Source of the DNA: an uncultured Mediterranea sp.
GTDB lineage: Bacteria > Bacteroidota > Bacteroidia > Bacteroidales > Bacteroidaceae
DNA length: 64,000 nt
Assembly (NCBI GenBank): GCA_945879145.1
Contig: CAMCUZ010000006.1
Location: 5,790 to 69,789, forward strand
Direction: 5' to 3'
In this document: positions 9,401-17,138 of the stretch, piece by piece
How positions within the stretch are numbered: the first letter of the stretch is position 1
Layout: each line of letters begins with the position of its first letter
Notes under the pieces: generated by a model
Databases searched by the model: none
The model's input: the letters and a program-made list of their open reading frames with translations, nothing else
Told to the model about the DNA's origin: nothing
Position numbers and translations under genes: made by a program

Positions 9401-10502
9401 TTACCCCGTTGTTGGTGGCCATCCAGAGGTCGCCATCACTGTCCTCCATCAAGTTGTTTACCTGGTCGTTCACCAGTGATTGTGAGTTGCCGATGGCATG
9501 CTTTAGCCAGTCGTAGGGGGGCTGGCGCAGGTCGCAGATGGTCACCCCGATGGGGTAGTTGGCCATCCAGAGCCGTTGCGACTCGTCGATGTAGAGGTCG
9601 AGGATGTTGTTGCCGTTCATGGCGTTTGGACTCTGGTAGTCGGCCTTCAAGAAGGGGGTGCATTGGTTCTCGTGGGTATCCATGCGATAGACGCCGGCAC
9701 CGTCGGTAGCGATGAAGAGGGTATGGTCGTCCCAAGGACGGATGCGGTTGATGCTGACATCAATCAGCTCCTGGCTGATGTGGCTGAAACTTTGGTGCTT
9801 CACATCGTAGCAGTAGAGGCCGCGTTGGTAGGTGCCGATGTAGAGCTTGTGGTCGGGCTCGTGGTAGTAGAGCTCGTTGACCTGAAGCAGGGTGGGTGGG
9901 GCTGCATGGATGGGCTCCTCGCGCAGTTGCTCTCCGTTCCAGTGAATCAGCTTCACGCCGCTCTCGGTCCCGGCAAAGAGCAGTGAGTCGGTGTAGGCCG
10001 TCAGCTCGGTAATGGCCTCGTGTAGCGGATTAGCGTAGGAGGAGGCCCGTTGAGTGGTGATGTCGTAGCGGGTGATGGTCGTGTTACTGCAGATCCAGAT
10101 CTGGTCATTGGCATCGATGCATCCGCAGGTTACGGGCGAGGAGCCAGTCAGCGAGAGCATCAGTTCGAAGCGGTCGTGCTCGGGCTGGTAGTGGTAGAGG
10201 GTGCCTCGTTGACTTACCTCCCAGATGCCTCCCCGGCTGTCACGTTCCAGACGGCTCATCTCCATCATGTTGCTTACCACGCTTTGGCCGTCGAAGAGTT
10301 GGTAATGTTTGACCTCCTTACCGTCGAAGCGGTCGATACCGTCGTGTGTCAGTAGCCAGATGTACCCTTTATGGCCTTTCTGGATGCCGAACACCCGTCG
10401 GCTGCTCAGGCCCTCCTCCACGCTGAGCGTGCGGAAAGTCTGTGCCTGCCCAAGAAGGGGCAGGAGCAGCAAGAGGCAAGCTATCCAAAATCTCTTCATC
10501 AT
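6450..10502 (-). CDS. Hybrid two-component system sensor kinase/response regulator with AraC HTH
   Basis: Signal peptide, beta-propeller repeats, Y_Y_Y-like region, TM, HisKA (FINTAHDIRTPLTLI), HATPase (NLLSNALKYT, DSGIGI, GSGIGL), receiver (SDIMMP) and AraC HTH (GFNDAKYFREVFKK). Confidence 0.95.
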   Translation of the reverse strand: MMKRFWIACLLLLLPLLGQAQTFRTLSVEEGLSSRRVFGIQKGHKGYIWLLTHDGIDRFDGKEVKHYQLFDGQSVVSNMMEMSRLERDSRGGIWEVSQRGTLYHYQPEHDRFELMLSLTGSSPVTCGCIDANDQIWICSNTTITRYDITTQRASSYANPLHEAITELTAYTDSLLFAGTESGVKLIHWNGEQLREEPIHAAPPTLLQVNELYYHEPDHKLYIGTYQRGLYCYDVKHQSFSHISQELIDVSINRIRPWDDHTLFIATDGAGVYRMDTHENQCTPFLKADYQSPNAMNGNNILDLYIDESQRLWMANYPIGVTICDLRQPPYDWLKHAIGNSQSLVNDQVNNLMEDSDGDLWMATNNGVSLYNRKQRTWRTFLSEGSGERTPGMKSHTFLSLCEVRPGLVWVGGYSSGLYQIHKQTGQIINFTPSSFSGQDIRPDKYIRAMLKDRDGLIWSGGLYNLKVVDITQHSVQLYPELSGITALVEHDAERLWVGTSHGLYLLHKQSHQVQEIELPITSCSIYSLCQSPDGRLFIGTNCAGLFIYTPSTGEIDHYHKDNCALISNSIYTLICNGGEQLLMTTEGAVTFFNPDNDHFTNWTREQGLSTDHFNASSGLLTRDGYFVLGSTEGVLLFNKQRPLPPVAPSKLVLSDLAIFYQQMSGGEKGSPLTDELDLTSTLYLKHNQNFFSIKVSSINYDAPSQVLYTWRLEGFYDHWTQPDEDGRIRITNLSPGQYTLRIRAISNEDRHVILEERRLEIIVAPPFWSTSWAYALYLLLSATLIGLSLRYAYLRKQRRISKEKIQFFINTAHDIRTPLTLIKAPLEELQEKEPLSEEGQRRMQTALRNVNALLHLATNLIRFERIDTYSERLHVERCDLKGYLNETLEVFRPFAESHQLQLTLTTPTEPLHVWMDREKMDSILKNLLSNALKYTPDGGRVEVNCRNTEKEWVITVKDSGIGIPASELKKIFRTQYRASNAINAKVTGSGIGLLMVKKLVKLHKGKLQLNSKEGTGTTVQLTFPLSAKAYSKALLKEETPSTYPSNEAIQPLPPLGTRQTAVASGMPTLQEQSPQQPADAPLLLIAEDNDELRHYLAETLGSSYRVIACANGTDALQQAQEQQPQLIISDIMMPGLRGDALCKQLKGDLNTSHIPVVLLTALANEQEMINGLQCGADDYLTKPFHLGVLMAKIESILANRERIKRWLTSVEDSHALPTDSSSTTAIAQSIGPLDEQFITNVRSYVEQHMADTDFNVDNLCSQLCMSRTSVYNKIKALTDESPADYMRLIRLQQAARLLREQRYTVSEIAERTGFNDAKYFREVFKKYYHLSPSQYAQEQINNEKNTEEIQ

Positions 10503-10577
10503 CTCCTTGTTTATGTTTTGTTATCTAGTTTGAGGTGTATTTAAGTGGTTCTTCTTCCTGGTCATTAAGACATCAAA

Positions 10578-10619
10578 GAGCAGCTGCAAGGGCCTTATCG
10601 TGGCCTTTGTCAGCTGCTC
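10578..10619 (-). terminator. Hairpin downstream of purL
   Basis: GAGCAGCTG..GGCC-loop-GGCC..CAGCTGCTC inverted repeat. The U-tail is weak. Confidence 0.5.
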
Positions 10620-10649
10620 CCGTGTCAGTTATCTCAAAAGGGTTAAAAC

Positions 10650-13600
10650 TTATTTTTTGTGTGCTTCAACCCACTTGCGGGCGTTGACAAAGGCCTCAAT
10701 CCAGGGGGTTACTTCATCAGCCTTACGTTCCTCAGGATAGTATCCGCATTGCCATGGGAAGATGGTACGCTCGGGGTGAGGCATGATGGCCAGGTGGCGT
10801 CCGTCTTTGCTGGCGATGGCGGCTACGCTGTAGCTGGAGCCGTTGGGGTTGGCCGGGTACTCGTCGTAGGAGAACTTGGCCACTACGTTGTACTCCTCTT
10901 CGGGCAGCGGAAGGTTGAACTTACCTTCGCCGTGGGCCACCCAGGTGCCAATTTTGAAGCCGCTCAACGAGCCGAACATCACGCTGCGGTTGGTGGTGAC
11001 GGTCAGTGATACGAAGTTGCACTCAAACTTATGGCTGTCGTTGTGCTCCATGCGTGCTCGCTGGTCGGCAGGGTGCTCGGGGTTGATCAGGCCCAGCTCC
11101 ACCATCAGCTGGCAGCCGTTGCATACGCCCAGTGAGAGGGTGTCTTCGCGGGCATAGAACTTGTCGAGGGCCTCTTTGGCTTTGGGGTTATAGAGGAAGG
11201 CACCGGCCCATCCTTTGGCCGAGCCCAGTACGTCGCTGTTCGAGAATCCGCCGCAGAAAGCGATGACGTTCACCTCCTCCAGCGTCTCGCGGCCGCTGAT
11301 CAGGTCGGTCATGGTCACATCCTTCACGTCGAATCCAGCCAGCCAGAAGGCGTAGGCCATCTCACGCTCTGAGTTGGTTCCCTTCTCGCGGATGACGGCA
11401 GCTTTCAGTCCGCTGGCTGTGCGGCGGTCGGGGTCGAGGCCCCACTGTTTCAGCTTGCCGGTAAACGAGGGACCAAAGGCCAGCTCCAGCGGCTGTTGCT
11501 TGTAGTTCTCAAAGCGCTCCTTGGCCTTACCGTGGAAGCTCTGTTTGCGGTCGAGCAGGTAGGAGGTGGAGTACCAAACGTCGCGCAGGTAGTCGATGCC
11601 AAACTGGTAGTCGCAGCCCTCCATGCTCACCATGATGTGGCGTTCATCGGTGGGTACACCCAGCTTGATGTAGCCTACGCCGGCGTCATCGAGAATCTTC
11701 TTTACACGCGCTGCATCGTGGTCGCTCACCTGGATGACCACACCCGGGTTTTCGGCAAAGAGTGCCTTCACGATGTCGGTGCCTACCAGCTTGTCCAAGC
11801 AGATCTCCATACCGCCCTCTACGTTGGCAAAGCACATCTCCAGCAGGGTGGTAATCAGACCGCCGGCCGAGATGTCGTGACCTGCCATTACCAGCCCTTC
11901 GTTGACCAGTTGCTGTACGGCCGTGAAGGCATCGCGGAAGTATTCGGGGTTCTGCACGGTAGGCACGTCGCTGCCCACCTTGCCTTGTGACTGGGCAAAG
12001 GCAGAACCACCCAGCTGCAGGGTGTCGAACGAGAAGTCGATGTGATAGAAGCGGCTCTTCTTGACATTCTTCATCACGGGCGATACGATTTTGCGGATGT
12101 CGCTCACTTCGCCTCCGGCAGATACGATGACCGTACCCGGGGCAATCACCTTACTGCCGTCGGGGTACTTCTGCGTCATCGAGAGTGAGTCCTTACCGGT
12201 CGGTACGTTGATTTGCAGGGCGCAGCAGAAGTCGCTCAGCGCCTTTACCGCGGTGTAGAGACGGGCATCTTCACCCTCCTGCGAGCGGCAGGGCCACATC
12301 CAGTTGGCCGAGAGCGATACGCTGTCGAGTCCATCGGCCAGCGGAGCCCATACCAGGTTGGTCAGTGCTTCGCTCACGCTGAGCACCGAGCCTGCGGCGG
12401 GGTTGGCCAGGGCAGCCTGCGGGGCGTGGCCCAGCGAGGTGGCTATACCCTTGCGGCCACGGTAATCCAGGGTTACGGCACCACAGTCGCTCAGTGGCAG
12501 CTGCAGCTCACCCTGGCACTGCTGACGTGCCACGCGGCCCGTCACACAGCGGTCCACCTTGTTGGTCAGCCAGTCCTTGCATGCCACGGCTTCGAGCTGA
12601 AGCACGTTGGCCACATATTCGTCGAGCTTGGTGACGTCGTAGGTCACCACGTCATATTTCCGTTCTACGGTTTTGTCCACCATGTAGGTCTTCGGTGAGG
12701 AGCCGAACATCTGCTCCACGGCCAGGTCGAAGGGGCGCACGCCATCGGCCTGCTGGAAGGCAAAGCGATGGTCGCCCGTGGTTTCGCCAACCACGTACAT
12801 CGGGGCGCGTTCGCGCTCAGCAATCTTCTGCACATGTTCGATGGCCTTCTCTTCGATGAGCAGTCCCATGCGCTCCTGACTCTCGTTAGCGATGATCTCC
12901 TTGGCCGAGAGGGTCTTGTCGCCGATGGGCAGCTTGCTCATGTCAATCAGTCCGCCACACTCCTCTACCAGCTCGCTCAGACAGTTTACGTGGCCTGCCG
13001 AGCCGTGGTCGTGGATGGAGACTACGGGGTTGCTCTCCTCTTCGCAGAGGGCGCGCACCACGTTGTAGGCACGCTTCTGCATCTCCGCATTGGCGCGCTG
13101 CACGGCGTTCAGCTCAATGCCGCTGCTGTAGCGACCGGTGTCAACCGACGATACCGAGCCACCGCCCAAGCCGATGCGGTAGTTGTCACCGCCCAGTACC
13201 ACCACCTTTTCGCCAGCCTCGGGTGTGCCCTTCAGGCAGTCGCGGCGCGTGCCGTAGCCCACGCCACCGGCCAGCATGATGACCTTGTCGTAGCCATAAA
13301 GCGGTTCATCGGCGCTCTCCTTGTGCTCGAAGGTGAGCACAGAGCCACAGATCAGCGGTTGGCCGAACTTGTTGCCGAAGTCGCTGGCACCGTTCGAGGC
13401 CTTGATCAGAATCTGCTCCGGGGTCTGGTAGAGCCACTTGCGCACGGGCAGCAACTCCTCCCATTCACGCCCTTCGTCGGTGCGGGGGTAGGAGGTCATA
13501 TAGACTGCGGTGCCGGCGATGGGCCATGAGCCCTTGCCGCCGCCCATACGGTCGCGTATCTCACCACCCGTGCCGGTCGATGCACCGTTGAAGGGCTCCA

Positions 13601-14363
13601 CCGTCGTGGGGAAGTTGTGTGTCTCAGCCTTGAGCGAGATGACGCTTTCAATCTCCTTCACCTGGAAGTAGTCGGGCTTGGAGTGGTCCGCGGGGGCGAA
13701 CTGCTCGACCACGGGGCCTTCGGCAAAAGCGACGTTGTCCTTGTAGGCTGAGATAATCTTATTGGGGTTCTCTTGAGTGGTCTTCTTAATCATCTGGAAG
13801 AGCGATGATTCCTTCTCTTCGCCGTCGATGATGAAGGTGCCGCCGAAGATTTTGTGGCGGCAGTGCTCTGAGTTGATCTGGGCAAAGCCGAACACTTCGC
13901 TGTCGGTCAGCGGACGGCCCAGGTCCTTCTCCACCTTCTTCAGGTAGTCCATCTCTTCGCGTGAGAGGGCCAGTCCCTCCTGCTCGTTGTAAGCCTCCAA
14001 GTCGTCGATGTGGACGATGGGTTCTGGCTGACGATGTGTGGTGAAGAGCTCCTGATTCAGCCCTTTGTACATGCGTTGCAGCATGGGGTCGTGGTCGGCG
14101 TTCTCGTCGGCTACGGGGAAGTACTCTTCGATGCGGGCAATGCCGCTGAGGCCCATGTTCTGGGTGATTTCTACGGCGTTGGTGCTCCACGGGGTGATCA
14201 TCTCACGGCGCGGACCTACAAAGTAGCCGCTCAGTTGTTCGTTACTTTCGGGTGTAGCGTTGCCGAACAGCCAGCAGAGTTTCTCGCTATCGGCTTGCGG
14301 GAGAGCGTGGTCGCATTCTACGGCGATGACGCTCTGTTGTGGGGTTCTGAAAAATAGAATCAT
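10650..14363 (-). CDS. purL: Phosphoribosylformylglycinamidine synthase (large single-chain form)
   Basis: QINSEHCRHKIF, KAETHNFPT, HDHGSAG, GGFSNSD, LGVCNGCQ and MPHPER motifs. Start reassigned to MILFF at 14363 because the promoter box lies inside the longer ORF. Confidence 0.97.
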   Translation of the reverse strand: MILFFRTPQQSVIAVECDHALPQADSEKLCWLFGNATPESNEQLSGYFVGPRREMITPWSTNAVEITQNMGLSGIARIEEYFPVADENADHDPMLQRMYKGLNQELFTTHRQPEPIVHIDDLEAYNEQEGLALSREEMDYLKKVEKDLGRPLTDSEVFGFAQINSEHCRHKIFGGTFIIDGEEKESSLFQMIKKTTQENPNKIISAYKDNVAFAEGPVVEQFAPADHSKPDYFQVKEIESVISLKAETHNFPTTVEPFNGASTGTGGEIRDRMGGGKGSWPIAGTAVYMTSYPRTDEGREWEELLPVRKWLYQTPEQILIKASNGASDFGNKFGQPLICGSVLTFEHKESADEPLYGYDKVIMLAGGVGYGTRRDCLKGTPEAGEKVVVLGGDNYRIGLGGGSVSSVDTGRYSSGIELNAVQRANAEMQKRAYNVVRALCEEESNPVVSIHDHGSAGHVNCLSELVEECGGLIDMSKLPIGDKTLSAKEIIANESQERMGLLIEEKAIEHVQKIAERERAPMYVVGETTGDHRFAFQQADGVRPFDLAVEQMFGSSPKTYMVDKTVERKYDVVTYDVTKLDEYVANVLQLEAVACKDWLTNKVDRCVTGRVARQQCQGELQLPLSDCGAVTLDYRGRKGIATSLGHAPQAALANPAAGSVLSVSEALTNLVWAPLADGLDSVSLSANWMWPCRSQEGEDARLYTAVKALSDFCCALQINVPTGKDSLSMTQKYPDGSKVIAPGTVIVSAGGEVSDIRKIVSPVMKNVKKSRFYHIDFSFDTLQLGGSAFAQSQGKVGSDVPTVQNPEYFRDAFTAVQQLVNEGLVMAGHDISAGGLITTLLEMCFANVEGGMEICLDKLVGTDIVKALFAENPGVVIQVSDHDAARVKKILDDAGVGYIKLGVPTDERHIMVSMEGCDYQFGIDYLRDVWYSTSYLLDRKQSFHGKAKERFENYKQQPLELAFGPSFTGKLKQWGLDPDRRTASGLKAAVIREKGTNSEREMAYAFWLAGFDVKDVTMTDLISGRETLEEVNVIAFCGGFSNSDVLGSAKGWAGAFLYNPKAKEALDKFYAREDTLSLGVCNGCQLMVELGLINPEHPADQRARMEHNDSHKFECNFVSLTVTTNRSVMFGSLSGFKIGTWVAHGEGKFNLPLPEEEYNVVAKFSYDEYPANPNGSSYSVAAIASKDGRHLAIMPHPERTIFPWQCGYYPEERKADEVTPWIEAFVNARKWVEAHKK

Positions 14364-14397
14364 ATCTTGTCTTTTTCCTGCATGTTTTTTCGTGCCG

Positions 14398-14405
14398 CAA
14401 AGATA
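14398..14405 (-). promoter_or_regulatory. -7 promoter box (TATCTTTG) for purL
   Basis: TAnnTTTG 35 bp upstream of the reassigned ATG. Confidence 0.65.
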
Positions 14406-14601
14406 CTCATTATTTGCGAAACGGCCATGTATTTTGGCGGAAAAATAGCGTGGAAAAGAGAATTTCTGTCTGCGTGTCATCGTGCGCTCTGTTCGGGTTT
14501 GCTCAATCGGATTGCAATCATATTTAAATCAGATTTAAATTTGGTGATTTCCCAACGCCTGCGCGCGTATATTAAAGACTAAGACATAGACTATAATTAT
14601 C

Positions 14602-14657
14602 TTCTTCTCCTTATTCCTCCTCTCCTTCTTTTTCGAAGCAGAGGAGGTGGAGAAGAA
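14602..14657. other. Long polypyrimidine/polypurine imperfect hairpin
   Basis: TTCTTCTCC/GGAGAAGAA, CCTCCTCT/AGAGGAGG and CTTC/GAAG stems around a TTTTTC loop. Confidence 0.55.
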
Positions 14658-14729
14658 TAAGCAGCAGAAGCAGAACAGGTGATGTTTGAGTGCTGTCTCT
14701 CTCTTCTGGTGTTTGAAAAGCCCCTACAA

Positions 14730-14792
14730 GTGGTTATTCCGATGGGGATGCACGGTTTGCGGGTGGTTATTTCGACGGGGATGCACGGTTTG
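14730..14792. repeat. 33-bp-period direct repeat (2 copies; related copies at 15244-15294)
   Basis: GTGGTTATTCCGATGGGGATGCACGGTTTG at 14730 and GTGGTTATTTCGACGGGGATGCACGGTTTG at 14763. Near-copy GTGGTTATTGCGATGGGGTGCACGGTTTG at 15244. Confidence 0.85.
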
Positions 14793-14929
14793 TAGGTATC
14801 GGGAAGAAACCTGCGAATAGATTGCAGAAGAGCCGGCAAAAATAGGTCAGATAGCAACAGCTTTGATAGTGTAATGGTGAAGGAAAATTCCTAACAAGAA
14901 GGTTTGTTGCTCTTTCAAAGCAGCTTCGC

Positions 14930-15057
14930 TCAACCTCTAATCAATCTCTAATCAATCTCTAATCAACCTCTAATCAATCTCTAATTGGGAATTAGAGTCA
15001 GATTAGTGTTACTTTAGACTTACTATTGAGTTACTTTAGACTTACCTTAGAGTTACT
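14930..15057. repeat. Two converging 11-bp tandem arrays
   Basis: (TCAAYCTCTAA)x5 at 14930-14984, central hairpin CTCTAATT-GGG-AATTAGAG, then about six TTAGAGTTACT-like 11-mers at 14992-15057. Confidence 0.85.
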
Positions 15058-15301
15058 ATAGGGCTGCTGTTGGCCTGATGGTCGTCCAAATAGGATAAAA
15101 ATGATAAATATTTGTTCTATACTTCGTTTTTCTTACTTACTGGCTCACTAGAAGCTAAAAAGTAAATCTTATGGACAAATTGAAGGTGTATTCACGTTTT
15201 TGAGAGCTTTTCTGTGATTTTCTTGAATAGAGTCTCGTACTTTGTGGTTATTGCGATGGGGTGCACGGTTTGCAAGTAAGTTATTGCGATGGGGCTTGTA
15301 T

Positions 15302-15411
15302 GTAAGTGCCCTATTTGCGTGGCGTAAGTACCCTATTTGCATGGTGTAAGTATCCTGTTTGTGTGGCGTAAATGCCCTGTTTGCACGGTGTAAGTGCCGA
15401 GTTTGCATGGC
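15302..15411. repeat. 22-bp tandem repeat x5
   Basis: Units GTAAGTGCCCTATTTGCGTGGC, GTAAGTACCCTATTTGCATGGT, GTAAGTATCCTGTTTGTGTGGC, GTAAATGCCCTGTTTGCACGGT and GTAAGTGCCGAGTTTGCATGGC. Confidence 0.9.
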
Positions 15412-15502
15412 TCAAATGACTTAGTATAAGGGGCAAGGACGCTTTTTGTATGCTGATATGAAAATAATTGGCGTTTTGTTTGTTTATTTCGAATATGTAT
15501 TG

Positions 15503-15510
15503 TAATTTTG
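15503..15510 (+). promoter_or_regulatory. -7 promoter box (TAATTTTG) for the accessory cluster
   Basis: TAnnTTTG 5 bp before ATG 15516. Confidence 0.5.
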
Positions 15511-15515
15511 TCGCT

Positions 15516-17069
15516 ATGAAAACACGATATCTTTTGACCGTCAACCTTTTGCTCCTCGCTTTGGGCTGCTTCTCGCAGCAGCGGGTCACCTCGCAGAGCC
15601 TGGACTCCTTGCGCGCCAGTTTTATCGTCGATGCTGACGAGATGGTGGGCGAGTTTGAAGCGTATGCCCGTGAGGCAGAGCAGGAATATCACCGCTATGT
15701 AAAGCAAATGGAAGCTGATTATCAGCATTATGTGCGTAAGGTTAGCAAGGTGTGGGGTACCGATTCGTTGGGTCAGATTGTGGAAGATTCGCGTCGTGAG
15801 TGGGTGGAATATGGGCAGCACTACAAGTCGCGTTCGCGGGTTAACTTTGAGACTGGCCGCGTGCTGGTAGAGGTGGCGCTCGACCCGGCTGATGCGAAGG
15901 ATTCGCTCAAACAGACTGAACGTCTGGCTGAGGCGGTGGAGCAGTTGCTGGAGAGCCGTGGCTCTTCCTGTCCTTACGAGTCGCGTCACGATCGCAACGA
16001 ACCGCTTACTACCCACCCCGTGTTGCAGGGTTTGCTCGATATCTCATCGTACCAGGGATTGGATGAATCGCAGTTTGCTGCCCCCGATAGTGTGGCGACA
16101 GTGCTGGTCAATAGCCGTCCCACGCCCCCACAGCCTACGGTGAGGGGAGGAGAATTGCCTGTTGTCACTGCCGATGAGGCAAGGGCTGCTGCCAGCCAGG
16201 GAGAGCCCATTGCCGGAGAGAACAAGGCCGACACGCTTGACCGCGGCACCCTCGCTGCGCAACGCAGCCGCCATCTGGCGTCACGCCAAGCGGCTCGTGA
16301 AGAGGCTTCGCGACGGGCTGCCGAACGGGCTGCAGCCCGCAGTGGACGCTCTACTACCCGTAGTGGTCATTCGCTGGTTGAGAGCCGGAGTGGCTCCAAG
16401 AAGGGGAGTGGCAAGAGCATGGCTTCGCGCATCATTGCCGAGCAGAGTGCCAAGCAGGTGAGTAGTGTGACGGGCAGCGATGGCGAGGTGCGACAGGTGG
16501 TGGCCATCGAGATGAAGCTGGTGACCGACAACCTCTCCAAGAATGCCGCCCTTTACAAGGATTTGGTGGCTGAATTCTCCAACCGCTATCAGGTGGAGCA
16601 GCCGCTGATCTATGCCATCATCGAACAGGAGTCCTCTTTCAACCCCGAAGCGGCCAGTTGGGTGCCGGCCTACGGCCTGATGCAGCTCGTACCCACTTCG
16701 GGCGGACGCCATGCCTACCGCTACGTCTATGGCAAGGATTGGTGCCCTACGCGCTCCTACCTCTTCAACCCCCGCAACAACATCGAGTTGGGCACGGCCT
16801 ATTTGCGCGTGCTGCTCAATCAGTTTGCTGCTGTGGGCAATGCTGACTGCCGTCGCCTCTGTGCCATAGCGAGCTACAATACCGGAGCAGGTAACGTGAG
16901 CCGTGCCTTCACCGGGGGCACCAGCGTGGTGCAGGCCACACCCCACATCAATCGGATGGATTACAATGGACTCTATAACCACCTGGTCAGCAACCTGCCC
17001 TACAGCGAGACGCGCAACTACGTAGCGGGTGTCACTCGCCGCATGGCCAAGTATGTGAAGCAGGAGTAA
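15516..17069 (+). CDS. MltC-like lytic murein transglycosylase (DUF3393-like + SLT domain)
   Basis: Signal peptide, WVEY..SRSRVNFETGRVLVE, AIIEQESSFNP (catalytic Glu), YGLMQLVP, GTAYL, ASYNTGAGNV and ETRNYV motifs. Confidence 0.85.
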   Translation: MKTRYLLTVNLLLLALGCFSQQRVTSQSLDSLRASFIVDADEMVGEFEAYAREAEQEYHRYVKQMEADYQHYVRKVSKVWGTDSLGQIVEDSRREWVEYGQHYKSRSRVNFETGRVLVEVALDPADAKDSLKQTERLAEAVEQLLESRGSSCPYESRHDRNEPLTTHPVLQGLLDISSYQGLDESQFAAPDSVATVLVNSRPTPPQPTVRGGELPVVTADEARAAASQGEPIAGENKADTLDRGTLAAQRSRHLASRQAAREEASRRAAERAAARSGRSTTRSGHSLVESRSGSKKGSGKSMASRIIAEQSAKQVSSVTGSDGEVRQVVAIEMKLVTDNLSKNAALYKDLVAEFSNRYQVEQPLIYAIIEQESSFNPEAASWVPAYGLMQLVPTSGGRHAYRYVYGKDWCPTRSYLFNPRNNIELGTAYLRVLLNQFAAVGNADCRRLCAIASYNTGAGNVSRAFTGGTSVVQATPHINRMDYNGLYNHLVSNLPYSETRNYVAGVTRRMAKYVKQE

Positions 17070-17138
17070 GAACAGGTAATCCATTTGTTTAGAGAGATTT
17101 TTAATTACATAATTACAAAATAAGAAGGGAATAACACT

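Noticed and set aside
14364-14480. N-terminal extension of PurL (and similar extensions on the RluA, M48, GHL10, fatty acid-CoA ligase and MtaB ORFs)
   Set aside because: The extensions run through promoter or intergenic sequence, or through neighbouring genes. Downstream ATGs give typical N-termini.
14597-14857. 86-aa minus-strand ORF
   Set aside because: Its internal repeats and R/P-rich tail simply translate the 33-bp repeats and the hairpin. There is no credible protein signal.
14730-15411. Repeat arrays as a CRISPR array
   Set aside because: Units are contiguous or have only about 3-nt gaps, there are no unique 30-40 bp spacers, and no cas genes are in the window.
15169-15589. 79-aa and 92-aa minus-strand ORFs
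   Set aside because: They are translations of the 22-bp array and overlap the cluster's promoter and start.
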